Shown: positions 38,292 through 47,700 of the stretch, piece after piece
Layout of the letters: each line of letters starts with the position of its first letter
How positions within the stretch are numbered: the stretch's first letter is position 1
Assembly (NCBI GenBank): GCA_016282015.1
Contig: JAEEJS010000042.1
Location: 41,924-105,923 of the forward strand
DNA from: Bacteroidales bacterium
Lineage (GTDB): Bacteria; Bacteroidota; Bacteroidia; Bacteroidales; F082
DNA length: 64,000 nucleotides
Direction of reading: 5' to 3'
Program-made: the position numbers and the translations under genes
The notes under the pieces: generated by a model
The model's input: only the letters and a program-made list of their open reading frames with translations
Told to the model about the DNA's origin: nothing
Databases searched by the model: none

Positions 38292-39979
38292 AAAACAAAC
38301 GCACATATATTGTCCTCTATACCATTCTCACCGTATTATTGTTTTTGCCATTGGCGCAATACTCTTTCGGCGTGTTCAAATTCCGGCCTTTATGGGGCTC
38401 AGCCAGCAAAGCAAGCAAGCCAGATTTCACATTCAGCAACTTGGCAAGCGGCAAATATCAGTCGGGAATTGAGAAATACATATCAGAAAACTATGGTTTC
38501 AGGCAGCCTACCATAAGGTTATACAACCAATATCTTTGGACCTTTTTCAAGAAAACATACGCCAACGACGTGGTGATTGGGAAAAACGGATGGCTTTATT
38601 TCGACAAGAATGTCAAAACCTATTACGGCACCTACCAACAAACCATTTTCAAAAACAATGCCGACGCAGTATTGAAATATGACAGAAACATACGTGTCCT
38701 GAACAAGCTGCGCCACGTTTTGAAAGATTTTAACATCGAGTTTTTATCTTACATCAGCCCCGACAAATGTTACGTATTTCCAGACAACATCCCCGACAGG
38801 CAACACGACACCACCACCATCGATGTCACCAAGTATTTCACACAAAGGTTCGATAAACTTGGATTCCCTTATATTGAGATGAGTCAGATGTACAAAAACA
38901 TCGCCGACACTCTGTTTTATACGCCATTCTCACCAGGTGGAGCGCATTGGAACTTCTCCTGCGTCTACGCCGCCGACACAATAGTCCATTTTATAGAAAA
39001 AGCCGGGGGAGTTAACCTTGCGGAGATAAAAATCGGGGAATACAGACAATATGACAAGTTTGAGGAGAAGGTGAAACACCGTTGTGACTACGATATCGAG
39101 AGCATGCTCAATCTGATGTTCAGACGCGACCATTCAAAATATCCGCTTTATCTGGCCGACATCACCATAGTGTCAGATTCTACATGTGTCAAACCCAACG
39201 TACTGTTTGTTGGTAACTCCTTCCTATGGCGCATCAAGGATTTCATCCATTTCGATGACATTTTCAGCAATCCGCGACTGTGGTATTACAACAAAGAAGC
39301 CTACGACCTTGCCACACTGGCGATGAAACCCATCAAAAAGCTTGACAAGACCTTTGAAATCATGCTTTCCGACTACATCATCACATTCTGCGGCGACACT
39401 CAGCTGGACCAAATCTCGTTTGGTTTTGCAGGCGAGACACTAATCAAACTATGCCTGCCCGACAGTATAGTGGAGAAAAAAATCAACGAGATTTGCCATA
39501 AGCAAAACATCTCCAGAGACAAGGCCATCAAAATCATTAACGATAATCCTGAAGTCTTTGACGAGCTGAAAGGCGACGCCATACCAAGCATGCGCAACCC
39601 GCAGTCAGTAGACGCACACCGTGCTGTCAGCAGCATGAAAAACGACAAAAACTGGATGAAGGTTCTCGGCGGACACGCCAGATATCTCAACATGAGCACA
39701 AAAGATCTCATGGAACTGGAGATGAAGAACATACTCGACGGCAACACTCTGATGCGCGACTGCGACACCATTGTCTGCAGACAAAACTATCAGGCCGCTG
39801 TCGACAAGCTGATCAAATATTGGGAAAATGACAAAGAGAAGATGAAATACTACGAAAAGAAGGCCAAACAACGCGGAAAGACGACGTACGAGATGATGAA
39901 GCTCGACGCCAATTATACCGTCTTGAACGACAAAGGCGAGTATTTCCCTCGGATTTTTAATAACAAACAAGCAGAATAA
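38288..39979 (+). CDS. AlgJ/AlgX-like partner, paralog 3 (longer; 'GAHW', 'VGNSF')
   Basis: 'KPDFTFSNLASGKYQSGIEKYISENYGFR', 'GKNGWLYF', 'PDKCYVFPDNIP', 'GGAHWNF', 'VGNSF'. It has an extra ~125-aa C-terminal helical extension. ATGA overlap with paralog 2. Confidence 0.6.
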   Translation: MKNKRTYIVLYTILTVLLFLPLAQYSFGVFKFRPLWGSASKASKPDFTFSNLASGKYQSGIEKYISENYGFRQPTIRLYNQYLWTFFKKTYANDVVIGKNGWLYFDKNVKTYYGTYQQTIFKNNADAVLKYDRNIRVLNKLRHVLKDFNIEFLSYISPDKCYVFPDNIPDRQHDTTTIDVTKYFTQRFDKLGFPYIEMSQMYKNIADTLFYTPFSPGGAHWNFSCVYAADTIVHFIEKAGGVNLAEIKIGEYRQYDKFEEKVKHRCDYDIESMLNLMFRRDHSKYPLYLADITIVSDSTCVKPNVLFVGNSFLWRIKDFIHFDDIFSNPRLWYYNKEAYDLATLAMKPIKKLDKTFEIMLSDYIITFCGDTQLDQISFGFAGETLIKLCLPDSIVEKKINEICHKQNISRDKAIKIINDNPEVFDELKGDAIPSMRNPQSVDAHRAVSSMKNDKNWMKVLGGHARYLNMSTKDLMELEMKNILDGNTLMRDCDTIVCRQNYQAAVDKLIKYWENDKEKMKYYEKKAKQRGKTTYEMMKLDANYTVLNDKGEYFPRIFNNKQAE

Positions 39980-41448
39980 TGGTATTTAGCAGCAACATAT
40001 TCCTGATGTGTTTTCTGCCGATTTTCTTGGCGGCCTATTTCCTGACACCGAGGAAATGGCGCAACTATACCCTTTTGCTTGCTTCCATACTGTTTTACGC
40101 GTTCGGCGCGCCTGAGTTCATCGTACAGCTTCTTGTGTCGATAGTAGCCAATTTCTATCTGGTCAAGTGGATGGTCAAAACCGACAACCAGCTGTTGAAG
40201 AAGATTCTGTGCGGATTATCCGTCGCGATAAGCATAGGGCTGCTGTTCTATTACAAATACGGCAACTTCACCATGCAGAATATCAACTATGTGCTGGGCT
40301 GGGTGCATGTCGAACCGATGAAATGGGTCAAGATTCTGCTTCCGATAGGCATCTCTTTCTTCTCGTTCCAAAGCGTAACATACACACTTGATACTTACCG
40401 CAATGTCAACGAGCCGATGCAAAAGCTCACCGACTACATGCTTTACATAGTGATGTTCCCGCAGCTGATAGCCGGCCCCATCATACGCTACTGCGACATT
40501 GCCGACCAGATTCGCGACCGTCAGGCCGATTATGCCGACCGTCTGCAAGGCTTCTATCGTTTTGTGCTGGGCCTGGCCAAGAAGGTGCTTATAGCCGACG
40601 TTATCGGCTTCCAGGTGGATAAAATACTCGGACCTTCAAACTACGATGTATTGACATCACAGCAGTTGGCCGACATCGCCACTAAAATCGCCAACATCGA
40701 CTCGTCTATGGCATGGATAGCCATTTTAGCGTTCACATTCCAGATTTATTTCGACTTTGCCGGATATTCCGACATGGCCATAGGTCTGGGCCGCATGATG
40801 GGCTTCAAGTTCCCCGAAAACTTTGACAATCCTTACGTTTCGACCACTATTTCCGAGTTCTGGCGACGCTGGCATCAGACATTCAGCGTGTTTATCAAGA
40901 ATTACCTCTACTTCCCGTTGGGAGGCAGCCGCGTCAAGACCGAAGGCCGCAAGTATTTCAATTTGTGGTTCTGCTTCCTGATGTCGGGCTTGTGGCACGG
41001 AGCCGCGTGGAACTTTGTGGTTTACGGAGCCTTGCAAGGCATTTTCATCTGCGCCGACAAACTATTCTTGAGGAAATTCAACGAGCGCATCGGCAGAATC
41101 CCTGCAGTCATATGCACCTTCGCCATCATAGTGCTCACCCGATGCTTCTTCCGCATCGAGCGCATCGACCTTTCGTGGCTGTTCATCAAACGGCTGTTCG
41201 CTTTCGAGTTCACACCGGTGCGATTCGCCGACAACCCCCACTTCTTCACCATGATGATCGTTGCAGCGATATTCTCGTTCATCACGATGACGAGATTCGG
41301 CTTGAGATGGCAAGATAAGGTCTACTTTACCGAATACAACCAACGTCAGCATATCATCGCTTTCGCGCTCGCGATATTCGGGTTTATCTTCTGCCTCGGC
41401 GCACTCAACTCGTCAGGCTTCAGCCCGTTCATTTACTTCAGATTTTGA
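39979..41448 (+). CDS. MBOAT-family membrane-bound O-acyltransferase, copy 2
   Basis: Colinear with copy 1. Same first 18 nt (ATGGTATTTAGCAGCAAC), 'LLPIGISFFSFQS', 'FWRRWHQTF', 'GLWHGAAWNF', and identical C-terminus 'GFSPFIYFRF'. TAATG overlap with paralog 3. Confidence 0.9.
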   Translation: MVFSSNIFLMCFLPIFLAAYFLTPRKWRNYTLLLASILFYAFGAPEFIVQLLVSIVANFYLVKWMVKTDNQLLKKILCGLSVAISIGLLFYYKYGNFTMQNINYVLGWVHVEPMKWVKILLPIGISFFSFQSVTYTLDTYRNVNEPMQKLTDYMLYIVMFPQLIAGPIIRYCDIADQIRDRQADYADRLQGFYRFVLGLAKKVLIADVIGFQVDKILGPSNYDVLTSQQLADIATKIANIDSSMAWIAILAFTFQIYFDFAGYSDMAIGLGRMMGFKFPENFDNPYVSTTISEFWRRWHQTFSVFIKNYLYFPLGGSRVKTEGRKYFNLWFCFLMSGLWHGAAWNFVVYGALQGIFICADKLFLRKFNERIGRIPAVICTFAIIVLTRCFFRIERIDLSWLFIKRLFAFEFTPVRFADNPHFFTMMIVAAIFSFITMTRFGLRWQDKVYFTEYNQRQHIIAFALAIFGFIFCLGALNSSGFSPFIYFRF

Positions 41449-41487
41449 ATAGTCGATTTTGATGAATCCATCATAGTTATTTTTTTT

Positions 41488-41495
41488 TATTTTTG
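41488..41495 (+). promoter_or_regulatory. candidate -7 box (TAnnTTTG) for the 41524 lipoprotein gene
   Basis: 'TATTTTTG' 28 nt upstream of ATG 41524. The track start at 41500 is a TTG downstream of the box. Confidence 0.45.
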
Positions 41496-41523
41496 TGGTT
41501 TGTTCAACTATTTTTTAGGACAT

Positions 41524-42267
41524 ATGAGAAAAATACCATTATTCGCAATACCGATACTGTCTATCATTGTTATGTTATCATTGTCTTCATGTGATAATGA
41601 GAAATTCTCTTATCCGAAGTCAAAAGTATGGAAACACGGCGTATACTCCAAATTCGATGCGGCAAGATACGAGGGTATTTTTGATGGACTTGAAGTAGAT
41701 ATCGTGTATTCTTCTGAAAAAGATAATCTCTTCATCGGTCGCGATGAAGACGATGCCAACAAAAACGACACTTTCGCCAACTGGCTGGCGATGCTCAAAA
41801 AGCCTAAAAGTCTCAGTTATTGGATTGACTTCAAGAATCTGTCAGCCGACAATTGTGAAAACGCCATCACAAGCCTGGAGAAAGTAGTCGACAAATATGG
41901 AATAAAGCACAAAGTAATGGTCGAAAGCAAAGACGTGATAGCTTTACAGCATGCGAAAGAATCCGGGTTTCATGTTATTCTGTGGGTAGATAATCTTCAT
42001 AGCTGGAACAGAACGCCTACAAAAAAAGACAGCATATGGATCTGCCAACTAATAAAGACTAAAATCGACACATTACAACCTGATGCCATTAGTGGTAGTT
42101 TCAAAGCATATCCTTTATTGTGCGATTCATTTCCCGAGCAAAATATTCTTTATTGGGATACTCCAAAAGATTTTACTGAAGAAAACGTAAAACACACCCA
42201 AATGCTTTGCCGTGAGAAAAATGTCAGAGTTGTCCTCGTCGATTACCCACAGCCAATAGTATACTAA
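41524..42267 (+). CDS. lipoprotein, possibly a PLC/GDPD-like (FAM151/DUF2181-type) phosphodiesterase fold
   Basis: Lipobox 'MLSLSSC'. 'VWKHGVYS...GLEVDIVYSSEKDNLFIGRDED...TFANWLAMLKKPKSLSYWIDFKNLS' resembles the H...E.D...DFK pattern of GDPD-like TIM barrels. Weak, by eye only. Confidence 0.3.
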   Translation: MRKIPLFAIPILSIIVMLSLSSCDNEKFSYPKSKVWKHGVYSKFDAARYEGIFDGLEVDIVYSSEKDNLFIGRDEDDANKNDTFANWLAMLKKPKSLSYWIDFKNLSADNCENAITSLEKVVDKYGIKHKVMVESKDVIALQHAKESGFHVILWVDNLHSWNRTPTKKDSIWICQLIKTKIDTLQPDAISGSFKAYPLLCDSFPEQNILYWDTPKDFTEENVKHTQMLCREKNVRVVLVDYPQPIVY

Positions 42268-44639
42268 TTGTCAGATTTCAAGAGGTTTATACTTATGTTT
42301 TTTAACAGCACCGTATGGTCAGCGACCCATTTCTTGTCGCTGTCAGTAGGCAACATATAAATCTTGATTTCAAATTTGTCTGAATTGTTCATCACAAACA
42401 CATTTGTCAACTCCAGCTTTTGCCAAGTATCTTTCTGCGGATAACGGTCCATAATGAATTTGGCAATGTAGTCTGATGAATAAATCGTCTCCATCTTGTT
42501 GCCGGTACATTCCACTATCATGCTGATGAACTTGTTTTGCCATACATTGCCTGTGTATTTGATATCGGCCGTGAGGACCAACTTGATTTCTTTGTAATCA
42601 CCATTAAACTTCTTATCATAAATCACTACTGGTTTTGGAGTTGATACACTAGGTTTCTCGTGACCTGAGGCACAATAAACCGAATCAATTCTTACCATCT
42701 TGAAAACCTCGAAACTATTTTCGGTGAGTATTGGATTTTTTACGATCTTATCGTTTGAGTAAGCATAGTTGTCCACATAAACCATCGTCCTGAACTTCTC
42801 ACTCATGTCAGCTGTCTTCTCATCGTCATCAACAAACTCCAGATTCACTCCAGCGGTAACATGTGCCAAAGGATGTGACTTGTTATTCATGTTGTAATAA
42901 TAGTCGCCCCAAATAAAGTCTTCCAGCTCGCGGCTATAATGCAGAAAATAGTTCTTTATGTTGGAATGGAAACCTGTCACAGTATCGAGCCCCTCGCTAA
43001 CCCAACTCACAGTTTCAGGAGTCGCAATTCCAAAATTTTCATGCAACAGAGCCAAAATCGACGGTGTAATGTCGTTGTGCGACACCATGGCTTCAAAACG
43101 GGCTGTCTGTTCCAGCAATGGCGACCAGATAATCAGTGGCACATGATATGCATCCAGGGGATTGTTGTCTGTGATGTTCATGCTATGGTCACCAGTGATT
43201 ATGAATATTGTATTGCCTTGATTGTCGTATTTTATGTAATCATTGACGAAATGTCTAAGAGCGTCGTCTGTGTATAGCGTCGATGCCATCTTCCCAAGCC
43301 AGTTGGCTGATGGATGCAGGGATTCCGCCATATCGTAATACATCTTCTCCAATTTTTTATCGACTAGTTTCAAGTCTTCGTGCTGAGTTATCGTGACAAA
43401 CAAGTCCAAGGCTGGCTTACTGTTGTCTCTATTCTCTATGATTTCAAGGCTTTTCTTGAACATCACATCATCGTTATACCCCCAATGTGTGCCATCTTTT
43501 TTCTGTGACTCGTCGTTCTTATACTCTTCATAAAACGGAGACATATAATCAATCCGTTGCATCACAAGATAGTTGTAAATCCTGTCGAAAGAGAAATTAC
43601 CTGCGTAAAAGGCATTTGTAGAATATCCGTTGTTCGACAGTATTGAAATCAGGCTGTTATGATTGGGAATATTGCCAAACTGAAAGCCTTTCAAGCCATG
43701 TGGCACTGAAGCTGTTATGGCTGGCACAGCCCCAAAGCTACGTGGTGTAGTGGACATACAGTTAGGCCATACCAGCGAATGCTTAGCCAAAGAGTCGAGA
43801 AATGGCGTATAACAGGCTCCGGTAGCATTCTCTCCAAAAAGGTCTGCACCCAACGATTCCACAATGATAATCACTATGTTAGGTTTCATATCCGATTTCT
43901 TGAAATACGGACCTAGCACATTCTCTATATTGTCATTCCTTTCCAAAGGATATCTTTCATCAAGGACCTGCCTTTCAGGAAACATTTCCATAAACTTTTC
44001 CACTACATCAGCATTGTATTCGGTCTTCATAAGATCAAACTCCATATCCGCAAACATTTCTTGACCTTTCATGCATGCCCTGGCGCAATACATGGTCTTG
44101 TTGACAATCACTTTGTCTTGACTGACGCTTATAGTGAAAAACAACGGTATTGACACTACCATAAAAACGAATACGATGTATGCCAGCCAATTTTTGATCG
44201 TTTTTCTAGCAAGCTTAACAGACAGCACAACATATACTACCAGCAGGATTACAACAGCGGTTATCAGCCAAATGCTGACAGCGCTTTTTATCGTATGGAG
44301 CATTTCCCACAACGGTCTGACCACCAATTCTTTACCCATCAGTATTCCGGTCATGAAATGATAAACCGACAGTCCGACCTCAGTAAACAGCATTATACCT
44401 AACAGAGTAGCAGAAAAATACAAAGCTGTCTTCTCAGATAATAACGATATAAGCAGATACAATACAAAAACTACTGCCGCAATAAAGCCACACGCAATCA
44501 GGTTGCCATAGACAAGACCGGAAAAACTTGTAACAGAGTTGAAACCTATAGCAGTCTCACATAATTTAAAGAAGAACACCGTAACGACAAAACATACCGT
44601 AAGGATTGAAAACCTTTGTAATCTGTCAAAAAAACTCAT
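42264..44639 (-). CDS. membrane-anchored LtaS/OpgB-like sulfatase-superfamily (alkaline-phosphatase fold) transferase with an extra C-terminal domain
   Basis: About 5 N-terminal TM helices, then 'NIVIIIVESLGADLFG', 'CMSTTPRSFGAVPAI', 'FIITGDHS'. About 190 further residues of unknown fold follow. Its stop codon overlaps the stop of the convergent 41524 gene. Confidence 0.7.
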   Translation of the reverse strand: MSFFDRLQRFSILTVCFVVTVFFFKLCETAIGFNSVTSFSGLVYGNLIACGFIAAVVFVLYLLISLLSEKTALYFSATLLGIMLFTEVGLSVYHFMTGILMGKELVVRPLWEMLHTIKSAVSIWLITAVVILLVVYVVLSVKLARKTIKNWLAYIVFVFMVVSIPLFFTISVSQDKVIVNKTMYCARACMKGQEMFADMEFDLMKTEYNADVVEKFMEMFPERQVLDERYPLERNDNIENVLGPYFKKSDMKPNIVIIIVESLGADLFGENATGACYTPFLDSLAKHSLVWPNCMSTTPRSFGAVPAITASVPHGLKGFQFGNIPNHNSLISILSNNGYSTNAFYAGNFSFDRIYNYLVMQRIDYMSPFYEEYKNDESQKKDGTHWGYNDDVMFKKSLEIIENRDNSKPALDLFVTITQHEDLKLVDKKLEKMYYDMAESLHPSANWLGKMASTLYTDDALRHFVNDYIKYDNQGNTIFIITGDHSMNITDNNPLDAYHVPLIIWSPLLEQTARFEAMVSHNDITPSILALLHENFGIATPETVSWVSEGLDTVTGFHSNIKNYFLHYSRELEDFIWGDYYYNMNNKSHPLAHVTAGVNLEFVDDDEKTADMSEKFRTMVYVDNYAYSNDKIVKNPILTENSFEVFKMVRIDSVYCASGHEKPSVSTPKPVVIYDKKFNGDYKEIKLVLTADIKYTGNVWQNKFISMIVECTGNKMETIYSSDYIAKFIMDRYPQKDTWQKLELTNVFVMNNSDKFEIKIYMLPTDSDKKWVADHTVLLKNISINLLKSDN

Positions 44640-44655
44640 TTCTCAAATCTTTTCG

Positions 44656-44663
44656 CAAAAATA
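44656..44663 (-). promoter_or_regulatory. candidate -7 box (TAnnTTTG) for the LtaS-like gene
   Basis: Plus-strand 'caaaaata' = minus-strand TATTTTTG, 16 nt upstream of ATG 44639. Confidence 0.4.
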
Positions 44664-44681
44664 ATCATTTTTTCACATAAC

Positions 44682-44717
44682 GATATAGGAGGCACAATTT
44701 TTTGCACCTCCTATATC
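44682..44717 (-). terminator. hairpin downstream of the fused oxidoreductase gene
   Basis: 11-bp stem GATATAGGAGG / CCTCCTATATC with a 14-nt loop, 24 nt after the stop at 44741. Confidence 0.5.
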
Positions 44718-44740
44718 TTCTAAATATTGATTTTAGCTTA

Positions 44741-47700
44741 CTATTTGAACGCATTCTCGCTCAAGCCCTTACCTGTGATCTTGAGGTCTTCCATGTAACC
44801 TGGAACCTGCTTGCCGAGATATTTGTCAACATAAATCTTAGCCAGATACTGACCGAGCATGAAGCCGTGGCCACGCAGACCTGTCAACAGACCGACCTCC
44901 GGGTCGACGATGTAACGCGGCTCGGTGTAGCGGCCGGCCCAGCATGCCAGGAAGCTCACCTCGCCGAGGTTCGGAATCCACTCTGCGAAGACCTCAGAAA
45001 CGATCTCCAAGAACTCCTTACTGTTGTACTTGATGTTCTGGCGTGCCTCGTAAGCGTCGGTGTCAGGGCTGGCGCAGCCTATAATCTGGCCTGTGTGTGC
45101 CCACTGCTGTCCGTAAACAGCGCTGAATCCTTTATAATGACGACGGTCGATGATCATGTCGAGTGGTCCTCCGTTAGGTCCCATCATAGGCAGACGGCGT
45201 GTAATGAATGCCTGATGCTTGACAGGATACAAACCAGTGTCCAATCCGAGCATGTCGTTGAATTTCTCAGCGCCCCAGCCCATCGCGTTGACAAAGTGGT
45301 CGCAAGTGTATTCAACGTAGGCGCCTTCGTGTGTGCGCACCAAGGTAACGTAATGTCCGCCCACCTTCTGCACGTGCAGCAACTCGCAGTCCTCAAAGTA
45401 ACGGCCGCCGTTCTGAACGCCTATGCCACGGATGTAGTCGATGACTCGGCCAGGAGTTGCCTGCCAGCAGTCACGGGTGATCAAAGCATGGCTGTAAGTG
45501 TCTTTTTTATCGTCCCACAAAGGTGAAATCTCTTTCTTGAAGTCCTTGCGGTCGATCATATATGCGTCGCTCCATGCGCGAGATGCGTCGAGCGATTTGT
45601 AGGTAGCCTCATCATGCACCAAGTTGACGTAATGAGTCAGGTGGTAGTTGATGTTGTGTTCCTTCTGCATGTTCTTGAAAATCTCATGGTTGTGCACGGC
45701 TATATCGGCAATGTCAGGGTTTGAGAAGGCCGGACGTCCACCGCCTATGCAACGCCATGAAGCACCACGGCTATAGTTGATCATCACAGGCTTCTTGCCG
45801 GCTTCCGAGAAGTAACGGAACAATGCGCTACCTGCTATACCGCCACCTGCAATGAACACTTCGACCTTTTCCTTCTTCACGTCGTTCATCTTCGGGAAGA
45901 CGAAAGTCTCTTTGGTCTTCGGGTTGTAAAGGTCGTCGAGACTCACCTGATTTGAAAGAGGTGCACGAGGTGTGGCGTCGCCAACCAACTCAATGCCGTA
46001 TGTGCGCAAAATCTGACGTGCGCGTGGGATGCAGCGCTTGCCGCGGCATGGACCCATACCCATACGGGTGATATGCTTCAGCTCGTCAACCGAAATGGTC
46101 TTGCGGTCACCGATAACGCTGAGCACCTTGTCCAATTTAATATCCTCGCAGTGACAGACGTATGTCTCCGACTCAACAGCTTTCAAAGGCTTGAAATCTA
46201 TTGGTTCAGGATAGTTTTCCTTCACGATGAAACCACGTGCCTCGGTCAGTTTGTCGCGTGTCACATCCTTGGCAATCACTCGAGCCACGTTGGTCTTGTT
46301 GTTCTTCTTGAGAACCTTTTCAACTACGCCCTCGCCCACTTTCTTGCCGTTGTCGTCGACCAGGAACACCTCTACGCCTTCGTTTACCTCATATTCGACA
46401 GGCAGGAACAGAGTGTTCTTCTTCATGTCGTAGCCAAAGATAGCCAAGCCTGGGCAGTGGTTGACGCAGTTCATACAGCCTATGCACTTGTCGTAATCTA
46501 TCACAGGAACTGTGTTGGTGCTCGACTTGGTGATAGCGCCCTGTGGGCATGAGAACGAGCAAGGGTTGCAAGCGAATCCGTAAACGCAGTCTGCAATTAC
46601 GAAAGGCTTTGCCACCATTCTTTCGGCTGTAGGTTTGTTAGGCTCCTGCAGCACTCTGATAGGATGCTGCTGCGACTCTATATATTGTTTTGAAACCTCG
46701 AGATATTCGTCGTAGTTGAAACGCAGACCCATGCTCTGAGCCACCTCGAAAGCGGCCTGTTTGCCTCTCAGAACGGCACTGGTGCCTTCGCCAATGCGGA
46801 TGGCGTCGCCTGCTCCGTAAGTGTTCAGACCGAACACCTCGCGTCCCTTGACCAACAGCTGGCTGTCAGGGATCAAACCTGTGCAGATGTTGATGATATC
46901 TATGTCGTCAATAATTTGTTCCGTGCCCGGAATCGGCTTAAAGTTCTCGCATTTGGCTATGACAGCACCCACTATTCCGGTGTGGTCTTTGTTAGGTATA
47001 GCTTTCAGCAGAACATGCGAGGTCATGATCGGGATACCCAGACGACGCACGCGATTGGCCTGTACCGGGAAACCGCCCTCATGGTCCATACCCTCTATGA
47101 TGGCCTTGATATGGGCGCCGGCCTGCATGCCCTGATATGATGTAAGGTAACCGATGTTGCCGGCGCCCACCGTCAACACCTTCTTTCCGAGCAGGGTGTG
47201 CTCCTGATTCATCATCTTCTGGAACACGGCCGCTGTGTACACGCCCGGAAGGTCGTCGTTCTCAAAGGTCGGCATGAATGGCACAGCACCGGTGGCCACC
47301 ACCAGATGCTCGGCATCAATATATGCCATCTCCTGAGTCTCTATGTTCTTGATGGCTATGCGCTTGCCCTCAAGCAAGTCCCACACCACATAATTCAATA
47401 ATATTCCCTCGTGATTGTCTCCTGCCAAAGTCTTAGCGATGTCAAAGCCACGCATTCCGCCGAATTTCTGCTCCTTCTCGAAGAAGAAGAACTGGTGGGT
47501 CTGCATGTTGAACTGTCCGCCTATGCGGGCGTTGTTGTCGACCACCACGTTGCTGATGCCCAGCTTGTTCAACTGCTCGCGGCAGGCCAGACCTGCAGGA
47601 CCGGCGCCTATGATGGCGACCTGTGTCTTATAGACCTTCACCTCGCGAGGCTGATGCTCCTTAGCGTCAGGAAGCACGTTGGCCTCGTTGTTGATAGGCT

